NCBI GenBank assembly: GCA_001563335.1
Contig: LRSL01000058.1
Coordinates: 1-64,000, forward strand
Source: Candidatus Thorarchaeota archaeon SMTZ1-45
Lineage (GTDB): Archaea; Asgardarchaeota; Thorarchaeia; Thorarchaeales; Thorarchaeaceae
Direction of reading: 5' to 3'
Length of the DNA: 64,000 nucleotides
Below are positions 20,527 to 30,710 of this stretch, in pieces. The position numbers and the translations under genes are program-made. Each line of letters begins with the position of its first letter. Position 1 is the stretch's first letter. The notes below the pieces were generated by a model, which saw only the letters and a list, made by a program, of their open reading frames with translations, was not told where the DNA came from and made no database searches.

Positions 20527-21615
20527 ATGGACATCGATGAAAGAATCAGATTAATCACTGGTGTTGGAGAAGAGATAGTCACAAAACCAGAGTTAAAAAC
20601 ACTCTTAGAAGAAAAACCCAATCCCATAGCATATGATGGTTTTGAGCCTTCAGGATTAGCTCACCTGCCTTTCGGAGTGTTTCGGCCACTACTTTTGAAG
20701 GATTTACTAAAGGCTGGAGTCAGATTCAAGATTTGGCTTGCAGATTGGTTTGCGTGGATCAACAATAAGATGGGGGGCGACCTTGAAAAGATTAAGGCAA
20801 CAGGGAAGTACTTCATTGAAGTGTGGAAAGCAGCCGGAGTTCCAAGTGATAAGGTAGAGTATCTCTTCGCATCTGATGCTATGGACTCCATTGAATACTG
20901 GTCACGAGTTGTAAGGATTGCTAAGGTCACAACTGTTGCTAGAGCCACACGTGCGTTGACAATCATGGGAAGAAAAGAGGGCGAGATGTCAGAGGTTGCT
21001 CAATACTTCTACCCAGTAATGCAAGTGTCTGATATTTTTCATCTAGAGGCTGACATAACACAACTTGGGATGGATCAAAGAAGAGCAAATATGCTCGCGC
21101 GAGAGGTCGGACCTAAGCTAGGTCTATGGAAACCAGTTGTTGTTAGTCACCATATGTTGATCAATCTTGAGGGATCAATTGAGCCTGAGGGTCTCGATGA
21201 TATAGGACGAGACTTGCATATGATTGAAACCAAGATGAGTAAAAGTAAGCCATCTTCGAGCATTTTCATTCATGACTCTGAAGATGAGATTCGAACTAAG
21301 ATTATGCGAGCATATTGTCCTCCGAAAGAGGTCAAAGGTAATCCACTGATTGATTATGCTAAACACTTGATCTTTAGGTCTTTTGACACTATGAAAGTGG
21401 AAAGAAAACCTAAGTTTGGAGGAGATTTAGAGTTTCGAAATTATAAGGAGCTTGAGAAGAGCTATATATCCGGAGACCTTCATCCATTAGACCTAAAGAA
21501 CGCTATGATATTATATATTGACAAGATGGTGAAACCGCTTAGAGACCACTTTGAGAAAAAGAAGAGCGCAAGGGAAATGCTTGAGCTTGTTAGGAGTTAC
21601 CAAGTAACTCGGTAG
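20527..21615 (+). CDS. tyrS: Tyrosine--tRNA ligase (archaeal/eukaryotic type)
   Basis: YDGFEPSG..H, YPVMQ..D, LGMDQR, KMSKS, AYCPP and LHPLDLK motifs. Confidence 0.96.
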   Translation: MDIDERIRLITGVGEEIVTKPELKTLLEEKPNPIAYDGFEPSGLAHLPFGVFRPLLLKDLLKAGVRFKIWLADWFAWINNKMGGDLEKIKATGKYFIEVWKAAGVPSDKVEYLFASDAMDSIEYWSRVVRIAKVTTVARATRALTIMGRKEGEMSEVAQYFYPVMQVSDIFHLEADITQLGMDQRRANMLAREVGPKLGLWKPVVVSHHMLINLEGSIEPEGLDDIGRDLHMIETKMSKSKPSSSIFIHDSEDEIRTKIMRAYCPPKEVKGNPLIDYAKHLIFRSFDTMKVERKPKFGGDLEFRNYKELEKSYISGDLHPLDLKNAMILYIDKMVKPLRDHFEKKKSAREMLELVRSYQVTR

Positions 21616-22645
21616 CCACTCGACGCTTTCGTGTGCTTCGAGTAACGAATCCCAAAGCAACAAAACCAACAATCACACTAAACCATAGCGTGACTACACG
21701 AATCAGAATTGTAGCTGCACTAGCACGTGCAACTGGGATACCAAGTAGAAATGTTATCAGTGCCACTGATGTGATTTCGTAGGTTCCGATACCTCCAGGG
21801 AGGAAGGAAACAGCTCCAATGATTGAAGCTGTTGCATGAACGAATGTTGCTTGAAGTAGAAGAACAAGCGAGGTTGGCAGAAGAGATGGCAAAATCGCAC
21901 CTGAGAGTAGACTAAGAAGTAACCAGAGCTCTAAACATTCCATGAACCAACCTGGCACACTAATTGCTGTACTTAAGACCAGAGGTTTTGGACCAAGTGT
22001 CTGAGTCATTGTATTTTCAATATCATCAAAGCTTTCTTGAAATCGCTTTAGTGGTCCTATAGATGTGAATCTTCTGAGTATCTTCTGATAGAAAGTTTTC
22101 TGACTCAATACAATTGCTGCAACAAGAACAACTCCACCTAGCATTACTACAGTTAAAAGTTGGTCTCCAGTGTTTACTCCGATTCCAAATCCAATCATAG
22201 CTAGAAGAACTAAAGCTAAAAGATCAGTGACACGTTCTGAAACTACAACTGGTACAGTCTTCGCAATTGGAGTTCCATTAATATCTCGGATGAAGTATCC
22301 TTTGATTGCTTCCCCAATCTTTCCAGGGGTTGTGGTAAGAGTGAATCCTGCAAGAAAGACACTGAAACTATCTTTATTCGTGAGGTGGACATCAATCCGT
22401 TTTAGATAGTACTGCCACTTTAGATATCTAATGATATAGTTTAGGAATGACAAAAACATCATTGCGGGTAAGACCCACCACCACTCGATGGACGCTAGTG
22501 CCAAAGTGACATCATCCAATTGACCATAGAGTCCCACTGCTGCAAAAACGACAACACTGAAGATTACAAATGCTATAACCTTCTGAGTACTTATCATGGA
22601 TTGCTCCATAGAGTTAGATTGTACATCACCAGCTGTCATATGCAA
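21590..22645 (-). CDS. UPF0104 / lysylphosphatidylglycerol-synthase TM (flippase-like) membrane protein
   Basis: TPGKIGE, ERVTD, LPGGIG..E and IRVVTLW motifs; multi-pass hydrophobic. Confidence 0.85.
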   Translation of the reverse strand: MHMTAGDVQSNSMEQSMISTQKVIAFVIFSVVVFAAVGLYGQLDDVTLALASIEWWWVLPAMMFLSFLNYIIRYLKWQYYLKRIDVHLTNKDSFSVFLAGFTLTTTPGKIGEAIKGYFIRDINGTPIAKTVPVVVSERVTDLLALVLLAMIGFGIGVNTGDQLLTVVMLGGVVLVAAIVLSQKTFYQKILRRFTSIGPLKRFQESFDDIENTMTQTLGPKPLVLSTAISVPGWFMECLELWLLLSLLSGAILPSLLPTSLVLLLQATFVHATASIIGAVSFLPGGIGTYEITSVALITFLLGIPVARASAATILIRVVTLWFSVIVGFVALGFVTRSTRKRRVATELLGNS

Positions 22646-23315
22646 CCTTCCTTATTCTTTGCCATAGCATTGTTGGAACATGTAACAAGAAAATGGATGG
22701 GTGCCCGGTAATCTGGGTTCGCCCTCGTTTCAGTTCTTCATAGATGTCATCCGCAGTTTCAATATCCTGTAACCATGTTTTTGCATTACCGATTTCCCAA
22801 TAGGTATGCCCGTCACTTCCAGCTGTCATAGGTTTATTCAGTCGTTTAGCAAGTTTTTGTGCTCTCTTATTGAACAAATTAATTATGCATCTTGAGTTGA
22901 TCCCCTCTATCAGATCGACATGTTTCTGAATTATAGCATCTGGGAGACCTTGTCTCTCAGCTGTGTATCTTCGAAGAGGGTCTCGTGGATGTGGCAGTAC
23001 GACTAGTCCATTGCAATCGTGGATATCTTCAGAGGTTTCTTCGAAAGACCTGTTCTCAATATGCTCTGAAACAAAGAGTCCTATCACTTCGCCAAAATCT
23101 GTGGTCTTGTATTCACATGCTGGTATAATAAATCTACCATCTCGTTCAATAACCTTAAGCGTCGCTGCTCTCCAGTGTTCAGTCGGTGCAACTCCTCTTA
23201 GTCCCTTTTTCTTCATGAGTCTAAACAGTGTGTACGGACTTTGCATTCCATCCTTCGAGTGGATCGTATGCATATGTAAGTCGAAGGCGGAAAGTCTGTC
23301 ACTCAATGGATTCAC
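22626..23315 (-). CDS. PHP-domain metal-dependent phosphoesterase
   Basis: DLHMHT.HS.DG, HP.D, EGINSR and AGSDGH motifs. Confidence 0.9.
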   Translation of the reverse strand: MNPLSDRLSAFDLHMHTIHSKDGMQSPYTLFRLMKKKGLRGVAPTEHWRAATLKVIERDGRFIIPACEYKTTDFGEVIGLFVSEHIENRSFEETSEDIHDCNGLVVLPHPRDPLRRYTAERQGLPDAIIQKHVDLIEGINSRCIINLFNKRAQKLAKRLNKPMTAGSDGHTYWEIGNAKTWLQDIETADDIYEELKRGRTQITGHPSIFLLHVPTMLWQRIRKVAYDSW

Positions 23316-23319
23316 CCTA

Positions 23320-24276
23320 TTATGGGATTATTGGAGGGAATAGAGGTGGAAAGAGGTCGAAAAGGAAGTTGTAGATGTCAACATAGAAGAACAACGTTAT
23401 AATCAGAGTGACAAAGAACAAGATACCACCAATGAGGATTCCTTTATCCTTGAAAGCTAGGTGCGGTTTCCTACCTACATCACTTTCAGTATAAACAAGG
23501 TAGACGTATCTTAGCACAATGCCTGCGACTATTGGAACAGTAATAATGACTGGTTGAGTTTCCAATACCAATTGATAATTGGCATAGCAGTATAAAGCAT
23601 AGAATAGAACCACCCAGGTTGCTGACATTGAAATTCCATGATTTAACATAGATTCAGTATATTGTTTGAAGACAGGTTTGTGAAGAGGTGCATCGTCCCC
23701 TAGTAATTGTAATTCATTCATCCGCTTTCCAAAGCCAAGAACTAGAGCAACAAAGAAGACACCAATTACAAGCCAAGACGTGAATGGTTGTTCAATGAGG
23801 AATGTGCCTGCAATTGCTCTTATGATGAATCCAACAGCTATTATACATACATCAACAATTGCATAGTTACGTAATTTCCAATTATACAACTGGCTGTTTA
23901 TGATATAAAGCACTACCATCAAAAAGAATGCTGCGTCTTGAGCCCAAGATAATATAAGGCCACTGACTAGCAGCACTGTAGCCAATCCTCGAGCATTTGT
24001 TCGTGATGCTTGACCTGATGGTAAGGGGCGTTTTCGTTTTTCAGGGTGAGCCGCATCTTTCTCAAGGTCTACTATGTCATTGAAAATGTATCCGGCACTT
24101 GATACCGCACAGAGTACTCCAAATCCAAACAATAAAACAGGCATACTGATTATAACAGAGTTAAACCAGTTTCCAAAGTTATCCAAATGACCAAAGACAA
24201 CAGGTAGGAAAATAAGCACATTCTTGTACCATTGGTGTGGCCGCATTAGTTTCAGATAATCATAGAATCCCATCAT
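23320..24276 (-). CDS. UbiA-family prenyltransferase, decaprenyl-phosphate phosphoribosyltransferase-like
   Basis: MRPHQWYKN, YIFND..D...D..HP.KR.RP..SG, FIIRA.AG and KR..EL motifs. Confidence 0.88.
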   Translation of the reverse strand: MMGFYDYLKLMRPHQWYKNVLIFLPVVFGHLDNFGNWFNSVIISMPVLLFGFGVLCAVSSAGYIFNDIVDLEKDAAHPEKRKRPLPSGQASRTNARGLATVLLVSGLILSWAQDAAFFLMVVLYIINSQLYNWKLRNYAIVDVCIIAVGFIIRAIAGTFLIEQPFTSWLVIGVFFVALVLGFGKRMNELQLLGDDAPLHKPVFKQYTESMLNHGISMSATWVVLFYALYCYANYQLVLETQPVIITVPIVAGIVLRYVYLVYTESDVGRKPHLAFKDKGILIGGILFFVTLIITLFFYVDIYNFLFDLFPPLFPPIIP

Positions 24277-24296
24277 TGTTCTCTCCTAGCAATCCT

Positions 24297-25376
24297 TCAT
24301 TCTGAATACGTGCTCCAAAGATTACCCCATTCAGTTTCCTCAAGGAACCATTTGACCCATTTCCTCCCCTTCAGAGGAAGCCAAATCCCGTCATGATATA
24401 GTCCGGATAGCTGTGTGGGGAGCCACATCAGCGGAGACCTGAACAAGAATGTTTCCATTCCTGGAAACCGAAGAAATCCACGATTAAAAGCAATGACTGG
24501 ACTCTTTCCTGGACTCATATTGAAATTTGGGAGATCCTTCCATGTTTCAAAGTCCCCTACAATCTCAATCTTATCAGGGTTGGATTCACCAAGCCCCAAA
24601 TCGCTGGCGATCTTAAGCTTGTGTACGCAGTCTTGATCAATTCCCATAAGTCGGGTCTGAACGGTATCTGCAGCGACCATATCTGATGTCGCAATCAAGA
24701 TGTTCCCAATCTTTGGAATCATAGTCCTAGGACCAGCTCCATCTCCCATTACAGTGCCATCTGTAAGGACAAACTCAGAGTGGGAGATTGTTTGTTGCAT
24801 GAGTAGCAAGTCCACAAGTATCTCGTGAATCTTGAGATGTGCAAGATGCCTATTCTTGGTGAGATAAAGACCAAAGGAGTCCTTGAGCGCTCCTGTCATT
24901 TGGGTATGACCATGGGTTTTGATGGTTGGCAGATGAATAATGTTGGTACCAAAGATTTCCTTTGGAGCGATTGTTTCGCCAAATATGTCCTCCATAACCA
25001 AAGTCTTCTGAGGAAGTTTAACATCCACATATGTTGCTTTTATCAGCGGCAGAAACTTAATTCGGTGTTTCTTCATGACAGGATACCAGTTATTATTCTT
25101 GACACCTGCATAGATGTTGGTTACGACAGTTTCGTTTTCTACAGCTTGTATCCTTCTGTGGTCAAAGCCATCAGAGATTAGTTTCTTGAGAAGACCATCG
25201 AATATGTATGGATTTGTTGAACACGCAGGATACAGTTTGCTCCAAGAGAGATTCAGCTTGATTGTGGTGTCTACATCCTTAGACACGAACTTATCATAAT
25301 CTGCGAGTTCCATTACTCTCGCAATATCTTCATTGATTGTCTTAGGGGTGGTTCTGACAACAGCTACCTTTGGCAT
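24297..25376 (-). CDS. DUF362 domain protein
   Basis: IK.NLSW, P.IKTH...MTGALK and S.D.VA.D motifs. Confidence 0.8.
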   Translation of the reverse strand: MPKVAVVRTTPKTINEDIARVMELADYDKFVSKDVDTTIKLNLSWSKLYPACSTNPYIFDGLLKKLISDGFDHRRIQAVENETVVTNIYAGVKNNNWYPVMKKHRIKFLPLIKATYVDVKLPQKTLVMEDIFGETIAPKEIFGTNIIHLPTIKTHGHTQMTGALKDSFGLYLTKNRHLAHLKIHEILVDLLLMQQTISHSEFVLTDGTVMGDGAGPRTMIPKIGNILIATSDMVAADTVQTRLMGIDQDCVHKLKIASDLGLGESNPDKIEIVGDFETWKDLPNFNMSPGKSPVIAFNRGFLRFPGMETFLFRSPLMWLPTQLSGLYHDGIWLPLKGRKWVKWFLEETEWGNLWSTYSE

Positions 25377-25464
25377 TATGAATCAACTCTGGAAATTGTC
25401 CCCATGTTCGTTCGTTGTTGGCAAATGTTCTTCTTAATAACTTGCCTCAATGGTGGGAGTTGCA

Positions 25465-26304
25465 CTAGAGATTATGTGCTTCCACTTTCAAATTGTTTCC
25501 TAATCGCACGACCTTAGGCATAGCAGCTCCATGATATGATGCGCTGAAAATGCTGATTAGTTTTCCATCAAAGAACTTCCTGATTCCTTCAGGAAATACT
25601 TCATGCGCTCTGAACATCATCGATATGCTAAAATTCTCTGCAAACTCATTGAAAGCTCTCCGTCCAAATGCCTTTACCCGGGCACCTCGTGAATTTGCTG
25701 CAAACCAGAAATCTGCTTCTTTAGGATCATTCCATGCCATCTGAAACAAGATGTCATCTGGAAAGTTCCGATCGAATCTGTCACATTCCTGAATATCATT
25801 GAGAGATTTTACTCCCTCCGGTATTCCGCCATGACAAGCAAAGATAGAATTGTGGTTGATTGCAGCCATGGGAAGTACTTGAAACACTTCCAAATACTTA
25901 CTATAAATTTCATAGGAGAACTTTCTCATGACTTCTGTATAGAATCCATAACGTTGTGCAACCTCGTCTGACTCATGATTCCCTCGGAGCATGATTGCAC
26001 GTTCTGGATCACTTAATGTTAGAGCCATTACCATATTGAAGGTTTCAACCTGTGCGGGTCCTCTGTCTGCATAATCTCCTAAAAAAACAAAATTATAGTT
26101 CTTGTATTTTTCAAACAAATCCTGAACACTAAGGACTGAATTAAACTCTCCATGAAGGTCTCCGACAAAGAATAGGTTACGAGATGGGATTTCCATTACA
26201 TTCGATTCATTTCGATACAGGTCTCTAATCATTCCGGTTAAAACGTCAATATCCTCTGATGTCATGTTCAGATTCCCTTTTAGTATGGACTGAACGATAT
26301 CCAC
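25465..26304 (-). CDS. PPP-family serine/threonine protein phosphatase
   Basis: GDLHG, GDYADRG, LRGNHE, HGG, WNDP, RAHE and FSASY (SAPNY-like) motifs. Confidence 0.93.
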   Translation of the reverse strand: MDIVQSILKGNLNMTSEDIDVLTGMIRDLYRNESNVMEIPSRNLFFVGDLHGEFNSVLSVQDLFEKYKNYNFVFLGDYADRGPAQVETFNMVMALTLSDPERAIMLRGNHESDEVAQRYGFYTEVMRKFSYEIYSKYLEVFQVLPMAAINHNSIFACHGGIPEGVKSLNDIQECDRFDRNFPDDILFQMAWNDPKEADFWFAANSRGARVKAFGRRAFNEFAENFSISMMFRAHEVFPEGIRKFFDGKLISIFSASYHGAAMPKVVRLGNNLKVEAHNL

Positions 26305-26320
26305 TTTTCATACTCACAAC

Positions 26321-26824
26321 CTATTTCCAGTTCAGTGCCTGAAAGACCATTTCTACAGCCTCTTCTGGAGTATTCGCAGCATACACGATGTCTGTGCGTC
26401 TTTCATCAATTTTCCCTCCAGCTAGCTTAGCTGCCCATCCTCCAGTTGGCACTAGCGATACTACTGGTTTGTCGGAAAACCAAGCAATAGCTATCTCGCT
26501 TAATGTGCCAGCAAATCCGTCAATGGCTATCACAGCATCTCCAGTTTTTGCAACAAGAAAATTCCTTGCATATCCAAGGCCAGTCGGGATAGCAATGTCA
26601 ATATACTCATTGGCATGCTCCTTAGCATCTGTTGGCAAGATGCCAAGTGTTTGTCCACCTCTCTCTTTGGCTCCTTTGCATGCAGCTTCCATTACTCCTC
26701 CAAGACCACCACAGCATAGGACTGCCCCTCTCCTGGCAATCTCAGCACCAACTCTTTCAGCTAATTCCAGATTATCTGGGCTGCTATCCGAACCTCCAAT
26801 TACAGAAATTACCCGTGCTGGCAA
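26321..26824 (-). CDS. TIGR00725-like SLOG/LOG-family nucleotide-binding protein
   Basis: GGLGGVMEA, GILP, TGLGYARN and GTLSE motifs. Confidence 0.9.
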   Translation of the reverse strand: MPARVISVIGGSDSSPDNLELAERVGAEIARRGAVLCCGGLGGVMEAACKGAKERGGQTLGILPTDAKEHANEYIDIAIPTGLGYARNFLVAKTGDAVIAIDGFAGTLSEIAIAWFSDKPVVSLVPTGGWAAKLAGGKIDERRTDIVYAANTPEEAVEMVFQALNWK

Positions 26825-26840
26825 GACTCATCTCCACACT

Positions 26841-27962
26841 TCAATAGCTATGTGATGTTTCAAAGTTATGCAATTTCTTTTTTAGCATACTGAAAACGTC
26901 TTTTGATAGCCTTCCCTCTTTCACTCTCTCTTTAGCTGCTTCAAGAAGGGACGTTCCTGAATCAGTTTCTTTGAATCCCAATAGAATCTCCTCTGGAACC
27001 TCCTCAATTGGGATGGCCGGGTTTGGATCAAAACGTGTGCAAATTGTTGTTCGTTGGATTTGTTTCTTCACGTGAGAAGGCAACATTCCAGCTGAGAGAG
27101 CATAGATTTTAGCTATCGTGAGTATAGCTCGTGATCCCATCTCAGTTGAGGACCAACCTGAATCAGTCCCTACAATACAGATGTTTGATTGTCTCTTGCA
27201 ACTATGTGAACAATATCTGCAGATTCCTGGTTCCATTTGAATTATACCAGTTTTCATGCAAACCCATGCAACTCCCTCATTAAGTTCTATTCCGCAAGAG
27301 TCACCAACGATTCTTAGTCCGAGTTCTACTGCTATATTACGTATTTCATCAACTTCCTCCTCTGAGTTAGGTGGTTTCATTGTATCGTGTTCAATTGGTT
27401 CATAGATTGGACATTCATTTTCATTTAGAGCAACAATCATAGGAAGAGGGTTTTTTTGAGAACTTCTCGAGATTAATCCTTCTGCTACAAACCTCATAAC
27501 TTCATCAATATGCTGGGCCGCATGTACTGGAAGTTGTGACTCGAAAAATGCATCTAGCTGATAGGATCCAGCTTCTGCTTCTCTAACAGATCCTACAATT
27601 ACAATAACCAAAGGTGTCTGTCGATTGAGTGAAAGTCTATTGAATATCGTAGGTATGTCATCTATCTCATCTGGTCGAAGAATCAGTATAATTGCACGAT
27701 GACCCTTTGTAAAACTCTGCGATAGCCTCTCCATTCTTTGAGAATAGGGTATGGACCACAGTTGAAGCACTACACTAGCATTCTCTTGAAAATCAAATCT
27801 CACTACTCCAAGACTCAAACCAATTGAATTATACATCTGACAAGAAACACGATCTCCTGACGCCCTACTAAGGAAACCAGTTTGAAGCGGCAAATTATTT
27901 CCTACAATAAGGACCTTGAATATCATGCGCTCTTTAACAATGTTCGGAGTAGTCATTCTCAT
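26841..27962 (-). CDS. Degenerate Rab-like small GTPase domain fused to a Cys-rich C-terminal domain
   Basis: FKVLIVG...SIG.....LQLW...QR...L...F.KG..AIIL spacing matches Rab/Ras, but G1 and G3 are eroded; CxxCxxxC...C motif downstream. Confidence 0.7.
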   Translation of the reverse strand: MRMTTPNIVKERMIFKVLIVGNNLPLQTGFLSRASGDRVSCQMYNSIGLSLGVVRFDFQENASVVLQLWSIPYSQRMERLSQSFTKGHRAIILILRPDEIDDIPTIFNRLSLNRQTPLVIVIVGSVREAEAGSYQLDAFFESQLPVHAAQHIDEVMRFVAEGLISRSSQKNPLPMIVALNENECPIYEPIEHDTMKPPNSEEEVDEIRNIAVELGLRIVGDSCGIELNEGVAWVCMKTGIIQMEPGICRYCSHSCKRQSNICIVGTDSGWSSTEMGSRAILTIAKIYALSAGMLPSHVKKQIQRTTICTRFDPNPAIPIEEVPEEILLGFKETDSGTSLLEAAKERVKEGRLSKDVFSMLKKKLHNFETSHSY

Positions 27963-28069
27963 TGATTACATAGGCATTTCTGATATAATAACTATGGGTT
28001 GGAGTATAATTCTACTTCTTATCAGTGGGAAGGTATTTCTTATGCTTGTCAAACAAGAGATTGAGAAAA

Positions 28070-28444
28070 ATGGTTCGCATCTACAAAGCTAAAGACTCAG
28101 AAAGAGTTAGCCGCGCTGGTTACGTGGCAAATTATGTTGCTGACCTTAAATTTATGCGCTCCCTAGAAAGTTGCGGAGTAATTCTTGTTGAAATTAGTGA
28201 CATAGGAAAGAGCTCACCACATGCCCATGAGCATTTGGAAGAGGTGTTCATAATTCTATCCAAGATGATGATTTACATAAATGACACACCTTATGAACTG
28301 GATGAAGGTGATGTTGTAATCGTTCAACCTGGTGAAGAACATTCCTTTGAAACTAAGAATAATCAGAGTGGAAAGATTATTGCATTGAAGTTTCCAAATA
28401 TCAAGGATGATAAAGTTGTAAAGGGAAAACAGAATACTTCCTAG
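28070..28444 (+). CDS. Cupin-domain protein
   Basis: PHAH...EE.F and GD...V.PGEEH cupin motifs; ATG at 28070 preferred over GTG at 28025. Confidence 0.85.
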   Translation: MVRIYKAKDSERVSRAGYVANYVADLKFMRSLESCGVILVEISDIGKSSPHAHEHLEEVFIILSKMMIYINDTPYELDEGDVVIVQPGEEHSFETKNNQSGKIIALKFPNIKDDKVVKGKQNTS

Positions 28445-28887
28445 TATTCATAGTCATCGAAGTCGAAATCATCATCTTCATCGTCAAAGATAATGTCTAT
28501 TGGAGGTCTTTGAGAGCCTAGGAGAGTTGAAGCAGGAACTGAGCGCTCTATTGCTTTACGGAGCTCCCTCCATTCACGATGCCTACGACGTCTTCCCAAA
28601 TAACCTGCAGCAGTGATTATACCAAACGATACTATTCCTGCCAAATAGAGTTCGATTCGTGAATTGAATAACCCCGAAGCAGCACTTAGCGCTAGAACTA
28701 CGATTCCTCCAATAATCAAAACATTAAGTGAACAATCACATGTAATGCCAAGTTGCTTTGGTCCTACTTGGAAGTCCTCTGGATCTGATCCTGGTGCTAG
28801 ATTAAGGTAGTAGTTGAATGCTGTAGCAAGCAGAACAACAACAATTAGGATTGTCCAAGTTAGCAATTCCAATTCTCTTCCATCCAT
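28441..28887 (-). CDS. Hypothetical membrane protein with acidic tail
   Basis: Three hydrophobic segments; lies 2 bp downstream of the PIN gene. Confidence 0.7.
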   Translation of the reverse strand: MDGRELELLTWTILIVVVLLATAFNYYLNLAPGSDPEDFQVGPKQLGITCDCSLNVLIIGGIVVLALSAASGLFNSRIELYLAGIVSFGIITAAGYLGRRRRHREWRELRKAIERSVPASTLLGSQRPPIDIIFDDEDDDFDFDDYEY

Positions 28888-28889
28888 TA

Positions 28890-30710
28890 TTATGATTTTA
28901 CTTCAGCTTCTGGTTCAGCAACTTTCAAACAGCTGAATCCATATTCACCTTCAAAGGATATCTCCGCGCTTTCGCTTGGAGTTATTGTCAAAACTACTAA
29001 ATACTTTTTAACTACTTCAGGATTTGCATCAGACACTTCATAGCTGCCATTTGTTAGTGCTATCTTATGTCCAGTTTTCAGTGTTCCGAGTTCAGGATGA
29101 TTCCCAATAGCAATAGCAATCCGCGTTTGCAATTTATCATTCCTAACAACAAGCATCTCAACATCATCAATTGTTTCAAGTGAGAGGACATCCATCCAAC
29201 CTGTAAGTTCTTTCTTCAACTTTTTCTGATCAACAGGTCCACTAGTAGTCATACCTTCAACGGATGGGAGCTGCCCTTGAATTTCGTTCAGAATAGGTGT
29301 TATTTGTGAAGTATTCCAGCCTTTCTTGACGAAAGCCTTCAATGCATGTTCTGCAATCTTCTCTAGAGCTGGTTTGAATCTATCATGTGAGGATGATGAA
29401 ACCTTGTAAAGCATAAGGAATGAACCTAGTGCTCCTTCCTCTTTGTTGTAAGCAACACCAATTTTGTACGCTGTTACAGCCAATTGCCATGCATTGTCAT
29501 GGTCATCAAACTGGATAGAGTACTTTGCTATATCGTTCAGCATTGACATAGTTACCTCTGGATATTGCAGTTTATTCTTTGTTAGACTGAAACCTCCCAT
29601 GAACTTCCTAAGGATTTGCATGGTGATATACAGTCCTTCTGAAGTTTCTAACATACTTGTTAGACCAATTCTATTGATCATACTATCGTAAAGACTATAG
29701 TAATAATCAATTTCTTCATAGTCCTCCCTAATAAGAGCAAGAACAATCCTCACAAAAAAGACGGTGGCTTTTAGTTCGTCGTTACTCACTTCCGCAAACA
29801 TAAGCAATCTGAATGCTTCATCACTAATTATTAGTGCGTCTTCGATTCCTTGTCTAGTTCCTCGGTAAAGGTGACAAATTGTTTCAAGATAGTAGAGAAA
29901 GAGTGTAAGGTCGGATGCATGCCTGACAAGCTGCCCATGTGTTTCACTGTCTTCAGTCAGAGTTGATACTATCAAAAGTCGTTCAATCTCATTCTGAACT
30001 GCTTCAATTTCATGAGCAAGACTGTCATACTTGCCTTCTCTGAAGTCATCGAACATGTTTGGGATATCTGCTTTGATATCCTCGAGGAAATCAAGCACGA
30101 AAAGTGGCTGACCTTTGGACAACTTTCTATCAAGCCCTTCTGCTGGCCTCTTGACTGACCTTAAAACACGAAGAGCATGATCCTCGATGATACGGATCCT
30201 TGTGACAGGGTCGTATGACTCCTGTCGTGCGATGCTATACCGGACCTCTTCAGAATAGATGCGGTCTCTGATTATTGACAGGTCCTTCTTCAGTTTTTCA
30301 TCCTCTACGGATTCCATCAATTCTAGCACAAATGCTGAACCAACTATACCCTCAACATCGACCTTTAAGTCTTGGATAGTGTTAAGCAGTCTCAAATCGC
30401 TTGTGACAATCTTTGACTTCCTGTTTCGCATTGCGCCTAAAATCAGAGACATATCATTTGGCTGAGGCAGTGAGGATTCAGGGAGAGTAATACTATTAAT
30501 GAATGATTTGATATCCTTTGAGAGCGTTTCATCGATTTGGACAATATTCTCTGCTTCACGACGCAAATACCACCGTAGTTCCTGAAAGACCTGTCTTGTT
30601 ATCCATAGTTCCATTCCTGCATTATCTGCGGCCTTTTTCACAATAGTGACATCTTTCGGCCGCTCTGAAAAGCCTGATATGAAGAAGTTCGCGTCCAAAT
30701 ACACACGCAT
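28890..30710 (-). CDS. PIN-domain nuclease fused to a helical (TPR-like) region and a C-terminal beta domain
   Basis: VYLDANF, VFQEL, PND..L and IVTSD..L give the PIN acidic tetrad; ~450 further residues follow. Confidence 0.8.
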   Translation of the reverse strand: MRVYLDANFFISGFSERPKDVTIVKKAADNAGMELWITRQVFQELRWYLRREAENIVQIDETLSKDIKSFINSITLPESSLPQPNDMSLILGAMRNRKSKIVTSDLRLLNTIQDLKVDVEGIVGSAFVLELMESVEDEKLKKDLSIIRDRIYSEEVRYSIARQESYDPVTRIRIIEDHALRVLRSVKRPAEGLDRKLSKGQPLFVLDFLEDIKADIPNMFDDFREGKYDSLAHEIEAVQNEIERLLIVSTLTEDSETHGQLVRHASDLTLFLYYLETICHLYRGTRQGIEDALIISDEAFRLLMFAEVSNDELKATVFFVRIVLALIREDYEEIDYYYSLYDSMINRIGLTSMLETSEGLYITMQILRKFMGGFSLTKNKLQYPEVTMSMLNDIAKYSIQFDDHDNAWQLAVTAYKIGVAYNKEEGALGSFLMLYKVSSSSHDRFKPALEKIAEHALKAFVKKGWNTSQITPILNEIQGQLPSVEGMTTSGPVDQKKLKKELTGWMDVLSLETIDDVEMLVVRNDKLQTRIAIAIGNHPELGTLKTGHKIALTNGSYEVSDANPEVVKKYLVVLTITPSESAEISFEGEYGFSCLKVAEPEAEVKS

